A stretch of DNA of 64,000 nucleotides from positions 1 through 64,000 of the forward strand of contig CAWFJJ010000005.1 in the NCBI GenBank assembly GCA_963816185.1, in the 5' to 3' direction. The DNA is from Thermoanaerobaculia bacterium (lineage in GTDB: Bacteria; Acidobacteriota; Thermoanaerobaculia; UBA5066). Shown piece by piece: positions 50,751 through 62,308 of the stretch. The position numbers and the translations under genes are program-made. Below the pieces are notes generated by a model. The model was not told where the DNA came from, searched no databases, and worked only from the letters and a program-made list of their open reading frames with translations. Position 1 is the stretch's first letter, and the number at the start of each line of letters is the position of its first letter.

Positions 50751-53597
50751 TCAGGGCCTCGCGGCGAGCTCCGCCGCCACGTACATCGGGTCGTTCGTGC
50801 CGTTGTCGATGACCGTCGCGTAGGCCGCCACGAGACCTCCCGACGGCGAGATCCGGAGAAGCCCCGCGGGGGGGCCGTCGCCGAGACCGCGCCCGTGGAA
50901 GAGGTCGTCGATCTGGACGCCGCCCGTGAGCGGGAGAGGCGTTTCGAATTCGTCCTCGAGGTCGCCGCGCTCGTCGAAGACCTCGACTTTGACGCTCAAC
51001 GGCGGGCCGGTTACGAACGAGGTCGTGAGGTCGACGAGCCCGAGATTCGTCCGGAAGCCGCTTCCTCCCGCAGGCAGGAGGACCTCGAGCGACTCGCCGC
51101 CGCCCGCGGATTGAAAGGAGTTCAGGGCGGGGATGAGAAGGCCGTAGGTGCCTCCCGAAGGCTCCGCCGTGTAGGTACGCGACGTTACGCGTACGCCGCC
51201 TGACACGTCCGCTCCGCCGTCCGTCTGAAAGCGCAGGCGCGCGACGCCCGTTCGGCCGAACGCCGTAAGGAGCGCGTCGCGAATCGTCTTCGATTCGCGG
51301 GGAAGAAGAGTGAGGAGCAGCGTCTGCTCGGACTCGTTCGAGCTCCAGCTCTTGACGAGAAGGCGCACGGTCCGGACGCCGTCCGCCGGATTGAAGAGAA
51401 ACAAATCGCTTCGGTAGGCGGCTCCGTGCGCTCCGTCCGCGTGGACGATCGCGGGAATGGTCCGCACGACCGTGGCCGGGATGTCCGGAGGGAAGTACGT
51501 GGGATCGTTCGTCGCGTTGTCGATCGCGATGGCACCCACGACGGTCTCGCCGGACTGCGGCGTCACGAGGACGGATCCCGTCCGCCAGAACGGCGCCCCG
51601 AGCCTGGAGGCGAGATCGTCGAGCTGCGTTTGCCCCCAGGCAGGCGCGACGAGGTATCCGGCGCCTGCCGTGGGATCGGCCGGGTCCGGCGAAAGCGTGA
51701 GCGTTGCCTGCGCGCCGCGCCCGCTCACATCGGTGGCGATCACGTTCGTGCGAAAGCCGGGACCGAGGAGGCCCGCCGCGAACGAAACCGGGAAGCCAGC
51801 GCCGATCCCCGCGAAGACGTCCACCGCGCCGACCGACATTCCGTACGAACCGGCAGGCGTCGTCGTGTACGTGTGGCTCGTGGCTTCGATCGAGCGGCCG
51901 CTTTCGGGCGTGAGGAGAAGCGCCCCGGAGCCGGACTCGAGATGGAACAGCGACGAGAGGACGTCTCTCTCCGTGAGGATCGCGCCGCCGGCGAGCGTCA
52001 CGGCCGCGTCGGGCGGCACGGGAGCCGCATCGGGGTTCGGAAGGAACCGCACCGCCACGGACACGGGGTCTGCGTCCGGATTTCGCAGCACGAGGTCCGT
52101 GCGCCATCGGCTCTTGTTCATTCCGTCGGTCCGGGCGGTTCCGGGAATGACGAGGCGCTGATTCAACGAGCCGCGCACGACCCCCCACTCCTGGATGACG
52201 TCGGCGCCGCCGCTCGCGCCCGAGGGTCCGGGGGGAAGGAAGACCGGCGGCGGACTTCCCGAGTCGAAGAGGAAAAGCGAGCCGGCAGACACCGTGTCGG
52301 GATCTACGTGGACGAAGGCCTTCGTGGTCTGCTCGTTCACGAAGAGCTCGTCGTACGCGGCGGGCGCGGGCTTTCCGAGCTCCCAGACAGCGAGAGCAGG
52401 GTCCTTGAACACCCGCTGGTCGACTTGCGGACGCGGGCGGTGCACCTGCACGAGCAGGCGTTTCCCCGACGCGCCGGTGTGCAGCGCTTCGACCTCGGGG
52501 CGCGTGACGTCGCTCCAGGCCTCGACGAGGCCGGCGGCCGGAGTGTGGAGCGAGAGCACGGTGGGCCCCGTGCCGCGCTGGAGAATCCATGCGCCCGATT
52601 GGTCGGCCGTCGGGACCGCGAAGAGGTCGGTCGGATTCGGGTTCACGGCCGACGCGATCTCGAGGCGTCCACCATTTGCGGCCAGAAGCACGGCGTGCCT
52701 CGTGCCGGAGGAGCCGTACGTGTCGGCCTCGACGTATGCGCGGCCGTCGGGCGTGATCCACCCATCGCGGAACGACATGTCGGCCGGCTTGTCGGAGAGC
52801 GCCAGCACGGTGCCATCGGGGTTGACGCCGTAAAGGCCGGGCGGAGCCCATTCGCCCTCCGGACCGGCGGCCTGGTGCGGGAGCGGAGCTCCCGAAAGCA
52901 GCGCACGCCTTCCCTCCGCGTCCGTGCCGATGAGCGAGCTGTCGTTCGAGGCGAAGATCCGGCGCGCGACGCTGCCGTTCGCGAAGACGTCCCAAAGACC
53001 GAGGCGCTGCGTGTCCGATTCGAATAGAGCGAGGAGAAAAGGAGACCCGGCAGTGCCGATGCGAATGGCCGAGTCACGCGCACGCACGTAGGGGCCGCCG
53101 ATGTCCACGGACGACGGCAGATAGGCGCCAGCGGGAGGGAGGGGAAGAACCGACCACGTCGCGCCGCCGTCGGCGCTGAAGAGGAATCGGAATTGGCTGG
53201 TCGGATTCTCGCCGGCGAAGAGGCTCGCGCTCGTGTGCGCGAGAAGAACCGGGGGGAATCCCGCCTCTTCCCGCGCTGCCGCGAAGTCGATACCCGCGTC
53301 GACGCCACCGGGCGTCACGTCGCGGGGCTCCTCCAGGCCGAGGCTGTCGTGAAGGACGAGGCGCGAGGGCGAAGCCCATCCGCACGAAAGGCACGTGGGG
53401 ATGCCGCCGACGAACGTCTGAACGCCCGTCTGCTCGATGAGGAGGGCGTGCCGGTTCGTCCGTCTCTGAACCGCCGGAGTGCACGTTCTGCTGCTGAGGG
53501 GGGCGTACGAAATGACGCGAGCCGCCGCCGGGCCGGCGGACGCAAGAAGGACGAGCGATGCGAGAGCCGCGACGCGGCCGGGCGGGGAAATCGCCAT
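50751..53597 (-). CDS. large secreted protein with two C-terminal repeats of an Acidobacteria-type beta-rich module
   Basis: Signal peptide; IPGTARTDG..WRTDL / IPAIVHADG..YRSDL; DNATNDP / DNGTNDP. Confidence 0.7.
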   Translation of the reverse strand: MAISPPGRVAALASLVLLASAGPAAARVISYAPLSSRTCTPAVQRRTNRHALLIEQTGVQTFVGGIPTCLSCGWASPSRLVLHDSLGLEEPRDVTPGGVDAGIDFAAAREEAGFPPVLLAHTSASLFAGENPTSQFRFLFSADGGATWSVLPLPPAGAYLPSSVDIGGPYVRARDSAIRIGTAGSPFLLALFESDTQRLGLWDVFANGSVARRIFASNDSSLIGTDAEGRRALLSGAPLPHQAAGPEGEWAPPGLYGVNPDGTVLALSDKPADMSFRDGWITPDGRAYVEADTYGSSGTRHAVLLAANGGRLEIASAVNPNPTDLFAVPTADQSGAWILQRGTGPTVLSLHTPAAGLVEAWSDVTRPEVEALHTGASGKRLLVQVHRPRPQVDQRVFKDPALAVWELGKPAPAAYDELFVNEQTTKAFVHVDPDTVSAGSLFLFDSGSPPPVFLPPGPSGASGGADVIQEWGVVRGSLNQRLVIPGTARTDGMNKSRWRTDLVLRNPDADPVSVAVRFLPNPDAAPVPPDAAVTLAGGAILTERDVLSSLFHLESGSGALLLTPESGRSIEATSHTYTTTPAGSYGMSVGAVDVFAGIGAGFPVSFAAGLLGPGFRTNVIATDVSGRGAQATLTLSPDPADPTAGAGYLVAPAWGQTQLDDLASRLGAPFWRTGSVLVTPQSGETVVGAIAIDNATNDPTYFPPDIPATVVRTIPAIVHADGAHGAAYRSDLFLFNPADGVRTVRLLVKSWSSNESEQTLLLTLLPRESKTIRDALLTAFGRTGVARLRFQTDGGADVSGGVRVTSRTYTAEPSGGTYGLLIPALNSFQSAGGGESLEVLLPAGGSGFRTNLGLVDLTTSFVTGPPLSVKVEVFDERGDLEDEFETPLPLTGGVQIDDLFHGRGLGDGPPAGLLRISPSGGLVAAYATVIDNGTNDPMYVAAELAARP

Positions 53598-53680
53598 CGA
53601 AGACTCCTTCGAAGCCGCTCCGTCAGCGGGGGTCGGTTCTGCTGGAAGTGTCGTCCCGCGGAACGACCTTTCCCGCCTCG

Positions 53681-56600
53681 TCAGTACTCGGCCGCCGGGA
53701 GCATTCTCAGGACGCTGCCGTCGGACGTCTTCGCGTCGTTCAGGACGCCGTAGGCGAGCCAGGTATCGTCGCCGGCAATGCGCGTGATGACCGCGTAAGC
53801 CGCCGTCGTGCCGGCGGGCACGCCCGCGATGTCGAAGATGGAGGACCACTGCGTCCAGTCGCCCGGCCGAAGCGTCACGGTGATCGCGTTCCCCACGGCC
53901 AGGGAGGTCGTGGCGTCGTAGAGACGCACGGAGAGCGAGAGAGGGATCTCCGACCCGCCGCCCAGGTGGACGACGGCGAGATTCGAGCGCACGGACGCAT
54001 CGCGCGCGAGGCCCGGCACGAGCGCCGAGACGCGCGCGCCGCCCCCTTTCACGGCGGCGGCGTATGCGACGCCGAACGCGCCGCCCGTGGCCGTGTCGGT
54101 GTTCGGCGTCGTCGTGCGCGCGAGCGCCACCGTCCTCGGTGCGTCGAGGTTGCCGAGATTCCGGAACGACACGGAGAGAGAGCCGGCCTGGGCGCCCGTC
54201 GAGGGGTCCGGGATGTCGACGCCCTTCGATCTCAGGTACGCGAGGATGTCAGGAATCGTCGTCTGCTGGTGCGCGGCGAGCGTGAAGGTGACGACCGGGA
54301 CGCCCGTCGAGGATCCGAAGTTCGGCGCGGGCTTGTAGACGAGGTCCACCGGCGTCGAAAAATCGCCGTCGTTCGCGACCGTGAGCTCGGTCGTGTAGTG
54401 CGACCCGGCGGCGCCGAACACGTCGAGAACGACGGGCACGACGAGTGTCCGCCCGGCCGCGATGCCGCCCGGCCGGTAGAGCGGCAGGATCGAGCCGTCG
54501 GAGGTCTTCGCGTCGTTCACGACGCCGTAGCCCGTCCAGGCGGCGCTGCCGCTCGTCCGCGTGATCCTCGCGTAGCCGTACGCGCCGTCGGGGAGTCCCG
54601 CGAGGCCGAGAATTCCGTTGAACTGTCTCCACTCCCCCGGATTCAGCGACGTGACGATCGGTGCGCCCGAGGCTGCGCCGCTCTGGTCGTACACTTGGAT
54701 GGAAAGCGTCACCGTTTCCGAACCGCGGCCCGGAACGCACCCGACGGCGAGATTCGATCGAGACGTGCCGGAGATGCTTCGGAGCCCGTAGATCGAGCCC
54801 TCGTCCTCGGCGGCCTCGAGGTCGGACGGCGCGTCGAGGAACGTGCCGAAGCTGCCGGCGGCGCCGGCCGTGTATGCCCGGGAGAACGCGTAAACGGAAT
54901 CGGTCGCGGCCGCGGGAGACGCCTGCGGGTCGGCCGCGATCCAGACCGAGCCCGCCGTGCCGGAGGCTCCGGGCGTGATCGCGAGACCGCGGTCGCGAAA
55001 GAACTGGAGGGCGTCCGGCGCGCGCAGCTCCGAGGAGGGCGTAAGCACGACGGAGATGGTGGCTCCGCCCGCGGGCAGACCGAAGTCGGGCGCGGGGACG
55101 AAGCCCACCGTGACCGTCACAGGCGAGGTGGAGCGGTTTCCGAGCGTGAGGTCGGATCGGAAGCGCGCTCCGGTGGCCCCGACGACGTCGAGGATGACGG
55201 GGAGGTATTTCGCGGACGAATATGCGGGCGCGACGTAGAGCCCGCTGCCCGCGGTGCCCGCGTACAGGGCGGAGCCGTCGCCGCTCTTCCTCACGACGCG
55301 GACGTCCGCCCCCGCGGGAAGGCCGGCGTTCTCCGGCTGCCAGCCGCCGGCGGTCCGGCGGAGGACTCCTGCCGTGCCGCCGGCCGCGAACGCCGTCCCG
55401 CTGCCTACGTCGAGCGATGAGACGAAGGCCGTGCTCGCGCCGAAGTCGTCCTCGCGCCATGGGCCCGTCGAAGAGAAGATTCCGCCCGACACCGGCGCCG
55501 CGAAAAGCACGTTCGAGTCGCCGGCAAGGGCCTGAGCGGACGTCGGCGCCCCGGAGAGGGCCTGCCAGGCGCTCTGTGCGCGGACAAAGAGGCTTCCTCC
55601 GACGGAAGCGTAGAGCTTTCCGGCCACCCCGCGCGTCGTCAGCACGGCTCCGTTCGCGGGCAGCCCCGCGTTGTCGGACGACCACGTGCTGGCGACGAGC
55701 CGCCACATTCCCGCATTCGATGTGCCGCCCGCGACGCTGCCGTCAGAGACTTGCGCGAGCGACGTGATCGCGACGCCGAGCGGCAGGCCGGCCTCGACGA
55801 TCGAGGGTGGCGCAGAGAGACCCGGCCCGAGCGTCCACGCGTAAAGGTGGCAGTTCGTCGCGGCGAAAAGGCTCAGGGAGCTGGCTTCGATCGCGCTCAC
55901 GTCACCGCAGTTGTCGGGGGCGATATTCGCTCCGGGCTGCGAAGCCGACGCGAGGCCTGCTCCGTGCGCGGCCGCGAGCGTCGTGCCCGGGATGATGACG
56001 ACGTCGGAGATGGAGGCCGCATAGAGCCCGGTTCCCGCGGCGCTCCACGAGCTACCGGAGAGCCTGTAAACCGGGGCGCCGGCCGTGCCGACGTAGAGAT
56101 CGCTTCCCAGCGTTCCGAAGCTCTTGGCCGACGCGACGAGGAGGCCCGTGTTCGTGGCGAGCCAGGAGCCCACGAGCGAGAGAATCCCCGCGTCTGCGGT
56201 CGCCGCGCGCAGCGTGCCGCCTGCGCCCGTGACGGCACGCACGTCGTGCAGTCCGAAGCCGGGGACCGCGTTCCACGCCCCCGCGAAGGAGTAAAGAGTC
56301 TGGTCGGTGCCCGCGTACAGCGTGCCGTTCGCGACACCGAGCGCCTGGACGGTGGACGTCACCGAAAGTCCGGTCGAGATCGACGTGACCGCGGCGCCCG
56401 CGTATTGCGCCGCACCGCCGCGAAGGCCGACGACGAGGTCGCCGGATACGACGGCCGCGGCCGTCACGAATCCGCCCGGATTGGCCAGCAGAGTCCAGGC
56501 CCCCGAGGAGCGCTTCGCGACGCCGAGGCCCGCGGCCCACACGGCGGTACCGTCCGTCGCGAGGAGACGTGGGAAAGACGAGCCCGCCGGGAAGGGTCTC

Positions 56601-56927
56601 CGGGCTCCACGTTCCGTCGGCGCCTCGGCGCCACACGTTCTCTCCGTCGGCGGCGTAAACGGAATCGGCAACCGCGATCGAGGTGATCCTCTGCGCCGAG
56701 AGGCCGTCGAGAGTCCAGATGCCGGCGTCCAGGCGCCAGACGCCGCGCGGCGTGGCGGCCCAGAGGGTCGCGCCGCTTCCGACGAGCGCGGCCGCGTCGG
56801 CTCCGGGAAGGACCGGGACCTGGGAGAACCTGAGGCCCGCACGCACGGGCAAGGCCGCCAGAATCGTGACGAACGCCACCGTCATGACGCGGGCGGGCAA
56901 ACCTCGGACCTCGAAAAGTCGTCTCAT
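53681..56927 (-). CDS. large secreted beta-propeller protein with two copies of the same module (frameshift ~56570)
   Basis: LYAGT..W..N.GL repeats; LPVILDVVG / VPVVLDVFG; NDAKTSDGS twice. Confidence 0.7.
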
Positions 56928-57026
56928 GTGGCGTGCCTCGGGCGCTGAGAGCGCCTTTTTGCAGTGTACATGGCACGACATGTGCGACGACTTCCCCGGG
57001 GGACGGATTTCCAGAAGGAGACGATC

Positions 57027-57350
57027 ATGAATCCAAAGTCCTCTTTCCGTAGGTGCTTTCCCGCGGCCGCGGCTTTCGCGGCTTTTTTCTCCACGGCATG
57101 CGTCGTCGCGCCTCCACCGGGGGCCGTCTACGTCCGCACGGCGCCGCCGGCTGCCATCGTCGAGGTCAGGGGCGTCGCCCCGGGACCCGGCTTCGTCTGG
57201 ATCTCGGGCTACCACGCGTGGCGCGGCGGTGCGTATGTCTGGGTGCCTGGCCGTTGGGCCGCTCGCCCCCACGTGCACGCCGTGTGGATTGCAGGAAGAT
57301 GGAGACATCACCGCAACGGCTGGTACTGGGTCGAAGGGCGCTGGAGATAA
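57027..57350 (+). CDS. YXWGXW-repeat lipoprotein
   Basis: Lipobox STAC; VWISGYHAW, VWVPGRW, WVEGRW. Confidence 0.85.
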   Translation: MNPKSSFRRCFPAAAAFAAFFSTACVVAPPPGAVYVRTAPPAAIVEVRGVAPGPGFVWISGYHAWRGGAYVWVPGRWAARPHVHAVWIAGRWRHHRNGWYWVEGRWR

Positions 57351-57422
57351 TGTCGCGCTATTCGGTTCGATCCTGATCGCCTCTTCGCCGACCCTCGCTA
57401 CGCCTCATATGCCGCGGGCGGG

Positions 57423-58616
57423 GTGGGGGCCGTCGAGGCGGGCAGCGTCGCGTCGATTTCAGAGGCCCTGGAAGACGATTCTTCGAAGGGTAAAGAGGAG
57501 ATCGCCGCCTTCGCGATTTCGACGCAGGGGCTCTCGGCGCTGGTGGCGAGGTGCGCCGGAATCGGGGCGCTCCCTGCGCCCCTCTCCCAATTTCTATTCG
57601 AAGAAGTTTCCCGGGCCGGCGCGCGCGCGCGCCGCCTCCGAGCGACTCTGGAAGAGACCGTTCACGCTCTGAGGGCGTCCGGGGTCGAGGTCGTCGCGCT
57701 CAAAGGCGCGGCGCTCGCGTTCTTCCACTACCCCGACCCGGCGCTCAGGCCTATGGGCGACCTCGATCTTCTCCTCGAGGAGCCGCGCGACCTCGAACGG
57801 GCGACGGCGGCGCTCGTCGGAGCCGGTTGGATCGCGCTTTTCGACACGCCTCGCCACCGTGTCTTCGCCCGGTCCGACGAGCGCGTCGCGCGGCCCGCGT
57901 CGGAGGATCCGGACAACCCGATCCGTATCGAGCTCCACACGTCGTTCCGCCTGCCGGTGCTCGGGCGAATCTACGACGCGAGCGCGGAGCTCCGGGCGCA
58001 GGCGGAAACGCGCGACCTCGGAGGCACGCCCGTCGCGATCGCGGCGGGGCCTGCGCTCCTCCGCCACCTCCTCTTCCATGCGGCGGAGGATTTCGCCGGA
58101 AACGGGATCCGAGGAATACAGGCTCACGACTTCAGGCTCCTCGCGCGCGAGAGGGGAGCGAAGAGCGGCGCATTCGCGCCGCCGGGGGATTCTTCGAAAG
58201 GTGAAGAGGGAGGGTCTCGGGCGTTGGCGTTTGTGCCCGATCTGTCCGGCGCCGCGCCGGGACCGGTCCTTTACGCTCTAGACGCGATCGAGCGACTGTT
58301 CCCTCACTCATTCGAAGAATCTCTCTTCGAATGTCTCTCCTTGAGCGTCGACCCCTCGTTGCGGGCGCGCGCGGCGGCACTTCCCGCTCTTCGCTACACC
58401 CGCCCGACGCGGGGCTGGACGCGCACGCTCCTCACGCTCGTCGAGGGACCGACTCTGAAGGCTCGTTTCGTCCTCCGCGTCCTGTTTCCGAGTCCCGGCG
58501 AGGTGCGCGCGAACGCGGCACCGGAGCACTCCGGCCTCTCGCTCGCGGGGGCGTACGCGCGAATACTGATTCGACGGATCGGCTCCCTGTTTCGCGGGAC
58601 GGGCGACCCGCTGTGA
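57423..58616 (+). CDS. nucleotidyltransferase family protein (NTP_transf_5-like)
   Basis: LKGAALA..Y..RPMGDLDLL..IELH. Confidence 0.8.
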   Translation: MGAVEAGSVASISEALEDDSSKGKEEIAAFAISTQGLSALVARCAGIGALPAPLSQFLFEEVSRAGARARRLRATLEETVHALRASGVEVVALKGAALAFFHYPDPALRPMGDLDLLLEEPRDLERATAALVGAGWIALFDTPRHRVFARSDERVARPASEDPDNPIRIELHTSFRLPVLGRIYDASAELRAQAETRDLGGTPVAIAAGPALLRHLLFHAAEDFAGNGIRGIQAHDFRLLARERGAKSGAFAPPGDSSKGEEGGSRALAFVPDLSGAAPGPVLYALDAIERLFPHSFEESLFECLSLSVDPSLRARAAALPALRYTRPTRGWTRTLLTLVEGPTLKARFVLRVLFPSPGEVRANAAPEHSGLSLAGAYARILIRRIGSLFRGTGDPL

Positions 58617-59805
58617 CCGAGGCGATCCTTCGCAAAGGGGAGTTCCACGCGCACGAGCGTTTCGGCCCGGAAACGGTCAATCGCGGTGCCGTTCTCTGGG
58701 AATGCGAATGGGACGGCGGCGTCTTCGAGTCGGGCGTGATGCTCGGCGGCATCTTCCGCGCGGGCGAGTTTCGCGACGGAGTGGTCTGGGCCGCCTGGTG
58801 GAAGGGCGGCGTCTGGAAGGGCGGTTTCTGGCATCACGGCTTCGCGGACGACGGCACGTATCGGCCGCGCGGGGCCTTCCCGGGATGCGCTCTTTCGGGC
58901 GCCGTCGTTCCCGAGAGCCCGATCGAGGAGAGTACGGGTCCGCGTGTGACCGTGTTCACGGCGTCCGTGTTCGAAGACGTTCCGCGGATCTGGCTCGCCT
59001 GCCTCCGGCGGTCCCTGCCGCCCGACGACGCGAGTTCGAGATCTTCGACGACTCCGCGGACGGAGCTCTGGACGAAAAGCTCTTGCCGGACGCCACGCTG
59101 CTTCGGCGGTCGGAAGAGCGCCCGGACTTCCAGGTCGCGTACGGCGACGCCTTGAGACGCGCCACGACGCCGTTTCTCGCCTTCGTCGACACCGACGTCT
59201 TCTGGCTCTCCCGCGACGTCTGGCCGCGCGTCCTGAAGGAGCTCGAGAGCCCGCGCGTCGCCGGCGTCTCCTGCGTTTCGCGCGCATCCGCCGCGAGCCC
59301 TGGCACGTTCGCCGTCGTCATGAGGACGGCGGTCTATCGCGACATCGTGAGGAACGTGCCGGGCGCTTTCACGCCCTTCGTCGAGGCGGAGATGGCCGGG
59401 GGGCTGCCCGGGCGGTGTCGCGGAGACGACACGGGAGATCGGGTCGCGCGCGCGGTGAAGGAGGCCGGATTCGAGGTGCCGCTCCTGAATCTCGCGGAGG
59501 GCGGCGGGTTCGTGAGGTTCGATGCGATCACCATGACCCGGTTGCTGGCGACATGGGTGGGCGAGAAGACGCTCGTGAGGATGGCCGCGACGAACCCGTA
59601 TTTCCGGCGCGGGTGTCTCGGAGGATTCGCGCTCGCCCGCGTCCACGACGAGCTCTTCGCGGACGGGCCACGCTTCGACCGGCCGCTTCCCGCGCCGCTC
59701 CTGTGGAGAACCCTGCTCCCTCACCCGCGCACGTTCTCGCGCGCAGCGCGGGATTTCATGGAGTTCCACGAGGGCGCGAAGAGAATCCGCCGATTCCTCC
59801 GATGA
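58613..59805 (+). CDS. pentad-repeat domain fused to a GT-A-like glycosyltransferase (frameshift ~59030)
   Basis: WDGGVFESGV..WKGGVWKGG repeats, then IFDDS and FVDTDVF (DxD). Confidence 0.55.
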
Positions 59806-59815
59806 CGGAGGCGAC

Positions 59816-61114
59816 TCAGCGAAGCACGCCTCGCTCCGTGAGGAAGCGGGCCGCGACCCGGCCTTCGAGAAGGGCTCCTGCGGCGTTCACGTGGATCTCG
59901 TCCAGGAAGAGCGTGCCGTCGGGGGGAATCTCCCGCTCGAGATCGAGGAGGGGCACGCGCTCCTCGGCGGCAAGGGTCCTCGTCTTCTCGTTCAGGAGCG
60001 GCATCTGGATCGCGAACCACCGGAAAGACGGCAGCGGAGCCCCGTTCGCGAAGTTTCGGAGCGCCATCTCGCCCTTCCGGCGCGCCTCCTCCGGCACGTC
60101 CATCCGGAATCGGTGCGGCTGCGTGCAGAGAACGGGCTTCTGACCCCGGCTGCGGGCGAGCGTGACGATCTCGGCGAGGTTCCGGAGCATGGGCCGCGTG
60201 TCGGGGACGATGCCCTCGACGGCGAGCGTCGGGGGCGTGCGGAAGTCCGAAAAGAGCACGTACCTCGAGAAGAACCCGAGCGCGTCGAGAACGTGCGTGC
60301 GGTCCCGAAAAGATCCCGGGCGTGCGTTCGCGAGCCCTCGCTGGTGGCCGTAGTCCGTCCGGAAGGCCTCGTGATTCTCGATCGTGGCGTAGAGGTCGTT
60401 GACGGCGTGCATGACGAGAACGGCGTCCGCGTCGAGATCGATCGCGTCGGTCGCGTATCGGATGAGACTGTGCGCCGAGTTGTAGCCGGGGACAGCGGCG
60501 ACCTGGACGTCGACCGTTCGCCCGGGGAGGAGCGCGGCGAGCTCGAGCCGGAGCCTCTCGCCGTACGACTTCTCGAACGGGAGCGCCGGATCGAAGGTCG
60601 TCGAGCCGCCGAGGAGGACCACCCGCGTCATGCTCGGCGGCTTCGGGACGACGACGTCGCCGCCGCGGAACCCGCGCGCGTTCACGCCGTCGGCAGGGGC
60701 GGGCGCCGGCACGGCCTGGAGAGAGGGATGCGGAAGGTAGGCGATGCGTCTGTGCTCCGGAAAGAGACGTCGGGGCAGGAGTTGGGCGACGGCGAAGACG
60801 AAGAGCGCCGAGCCGACGAGAAGAATCGTTTTCGAGGCCGGCGCGATCGTGACGGACGTGCCGTCGCGGCGGGTCACGACCGTCGGAGAAAGCACCGACC
60901 GGACGAGGGCGAACACGGCCGGAGTCATGGCGGCGAGCGCCGCGAGGCCCCACGCGTACGCCTTCGAGAACCGCGCGAGGACGACGGGCTCTGCCGAGTG
61001 GTGAAAAAAGAGACCGGCGAGGAGAACGCCCCAGAGGAGGACGGCGAGCCACGCTCCCGCGTGCGCTCCCGCGGGGCGCGCTCCGGATTCCGGCGGCGTG
61101 CGCGAAATCGTCAC
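59816..61114 (-). CDS. membrane-anchored SGNH/GDSL hydrolase
   Basis: N-terminal TMs; NARGFRG, LGGSTT, AVND, DEIH. Confidence 0.8.
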   Translation of the reverse strand: MTISRTPPESGARPAGAHAGAWLAVLLWGVLLAGLFFHHSAEPVVLARFSKAYAWGLAALAAMTPAVFALVRSVLSPTVVTRRDGTSVTIAPASKTILLVGSALFVFAVAQLLPRRLFPEHRRIAYLPHPSLQAVPAPAPADGVNARGFRGGDVVVPKPPSMTRVVLLGGSTTFDPALPFEKSYGERLRLELAALLPGRTVDVQVAAVPGYNSAHSLIRYATDAIDLDADAVLVMHAVNDLYATIENHEAFRTDYGHQRGLANARPGSFRDRTHVLDALGFFSRYVLFSDFRTPPTLAVEGIVPDTRPMLRNLAEIVTLARSRGQKPVLCTQPHRFRMDVPEEARRKGEMALRNFANGAPLPSFRWFAIQMPLLNEKTRTLAAEERVPLLDLEREIPPDGTLFLDEIHVNAAGALLEGRVAARFLTERGVLR

Positions 61115-61137
61115 CGAGGCCTCGAAACAAGCGGAGT

Positions 61138-62274
61138 CTAGTTCTTCGGGTCGCCGCGGCCGGCCGCGAGCAGGTCGGCGTAGATCCGCTCGAAGGCGGA
61201 AGCGGTGGCGTCCGCGTCGTGGGCCCTCGCCCAGGCCCGCGCCGCTTCTCCCATCGCCCGCCGCCGGGACTCGTCGCCGAGCAGGGCGAGAATCCCTGCT
61301 GCGAGCGCGGCGTCGTCGCCGACCGGCACCGAAAGCGCGCCCACGGGGGCGAGGTCGCGGATGTGCCCGACGGCGGTCCCGACCGTCGGCACGCCGCACG
61401 CGGCAGCCTCGAGGGCGACGAGCGGACCCGCCTCGTGCCGCGAGGAATGGACGAGGAGATCCGCGTGCCGGTAGAACGGAAGGAGCGCATCGCCCGGCAG
61501 GAATCCGTGGAAGGTGACGCTCTCCGACAGGCCGAGCGCAGAGGCCGCGCGCTGGACCTCGCCGCCGAGCACGTCCTCTCCGACGACGTCGAGGTGCGCC
61601 GCCGGTCGCGCATCGACGACGCGGCGGAAAGCGCGGAGGGCCGCCGGAACGTCCTTGACGCGGTTCAGGCTGCCGACGAGGAGGAGCCGGGGCGTCGCGT
61701 CGCGCGGGAGAGGCTCCGCGAAGGACTCGCGTGGAACGCCGAGCGGGACGAGGGCCGCGTCGACCCCGTGTGCGAGCGCCGCCTCGCGCATCGGCGTGCT
61801 CGCCGCCGTGACGAGCGTGGCCCGCCGCAACGCCCGGGCGGTCTTGATGCGCTCCTTGAGGTGCAGCTGGCCGCCGTAGGCGATGTCCGGCAGCCCCGTC
61901 AGCTCGCCGCCGGCGAGGCTCACGACGGCCGGGACCCCGAGGGCACGCGCCGCACGCGTGGCGAGGAAGCCGGGGTTGTTCGCCCAGAACGCGTGAATCA
62001 CGTCGAAAGGCCCGTGAGCCGAAAGCCCGCGCGTGAGACGCCGCCCTGCGGCGAAGAGAGCCTCGCCCGGCCAGCGCGAGCGCGACGCGAGCCCGAGGTT
62101 GTGGACGGCCGCGCCGCGCAGCATCCAGTCGCCCGGACGGGGCTCCTGCGCGAGCGCGAAGACGTGGACCTCGTGCCGCCGCGCAAGCCGCTCGATCAGC
62201 CAGAGGAGAGCGGGAATGACGCGCTCCCGTCCGCTTCGGTCGACGCCGCCCGGGACGACGATTGCGAGGCGCAT
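61138..62274 (-). CDS. glycosyltransferase family 4
   Basis: VGSLNRVK, SRHEAGPLVALEAAACG. Confidence 0.88.
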   Translation of the reverse strand: MRLAIVVPGGVDRSGRERVIPALLWLIERLARRHEVHVFALAQEPRPGDWMLRGAAVHNLGLASRSRWPGEALFAAGRRLTRGLSAHGPFDVIHAFWANNPGFLATRAARALGVPAVVSLAGGELTGLPDIAYGGQLHLKERIKTARALRRATLVTAASTPMREAALAHGVDAALVPLGVPRESFAEPLPRDATPRLLLVGSLNRVKDVPAALRAFRRVVDARPAAHLDVVGEDVLGGEVQRAASALGLSESVTFHGFLPGDALLPFYRHADLLVHSSRHEAGPLVALEAAACGVPTVGTAVGHIRDLAPVGALSVPVGDDAALAAGILALLGDESRRRAMGEAARAWARAHDADATASAFERIYADLLAAGRGDPKN

Positions 62275-62308
62275 GCGCCATGCTAACCGCCCGACGTAGC
62301 ATCGCGCG

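Noticed and set aside
744-59805. Many frameshifted genes read as programmed frameshifting or mass pseudogenisation
   Set aside because: Single-base shifts are scattered through unrelated genes in all regions without accompanying in-frame stops. Long-read indel error is the simplest explanation; reads are needed to confirm.
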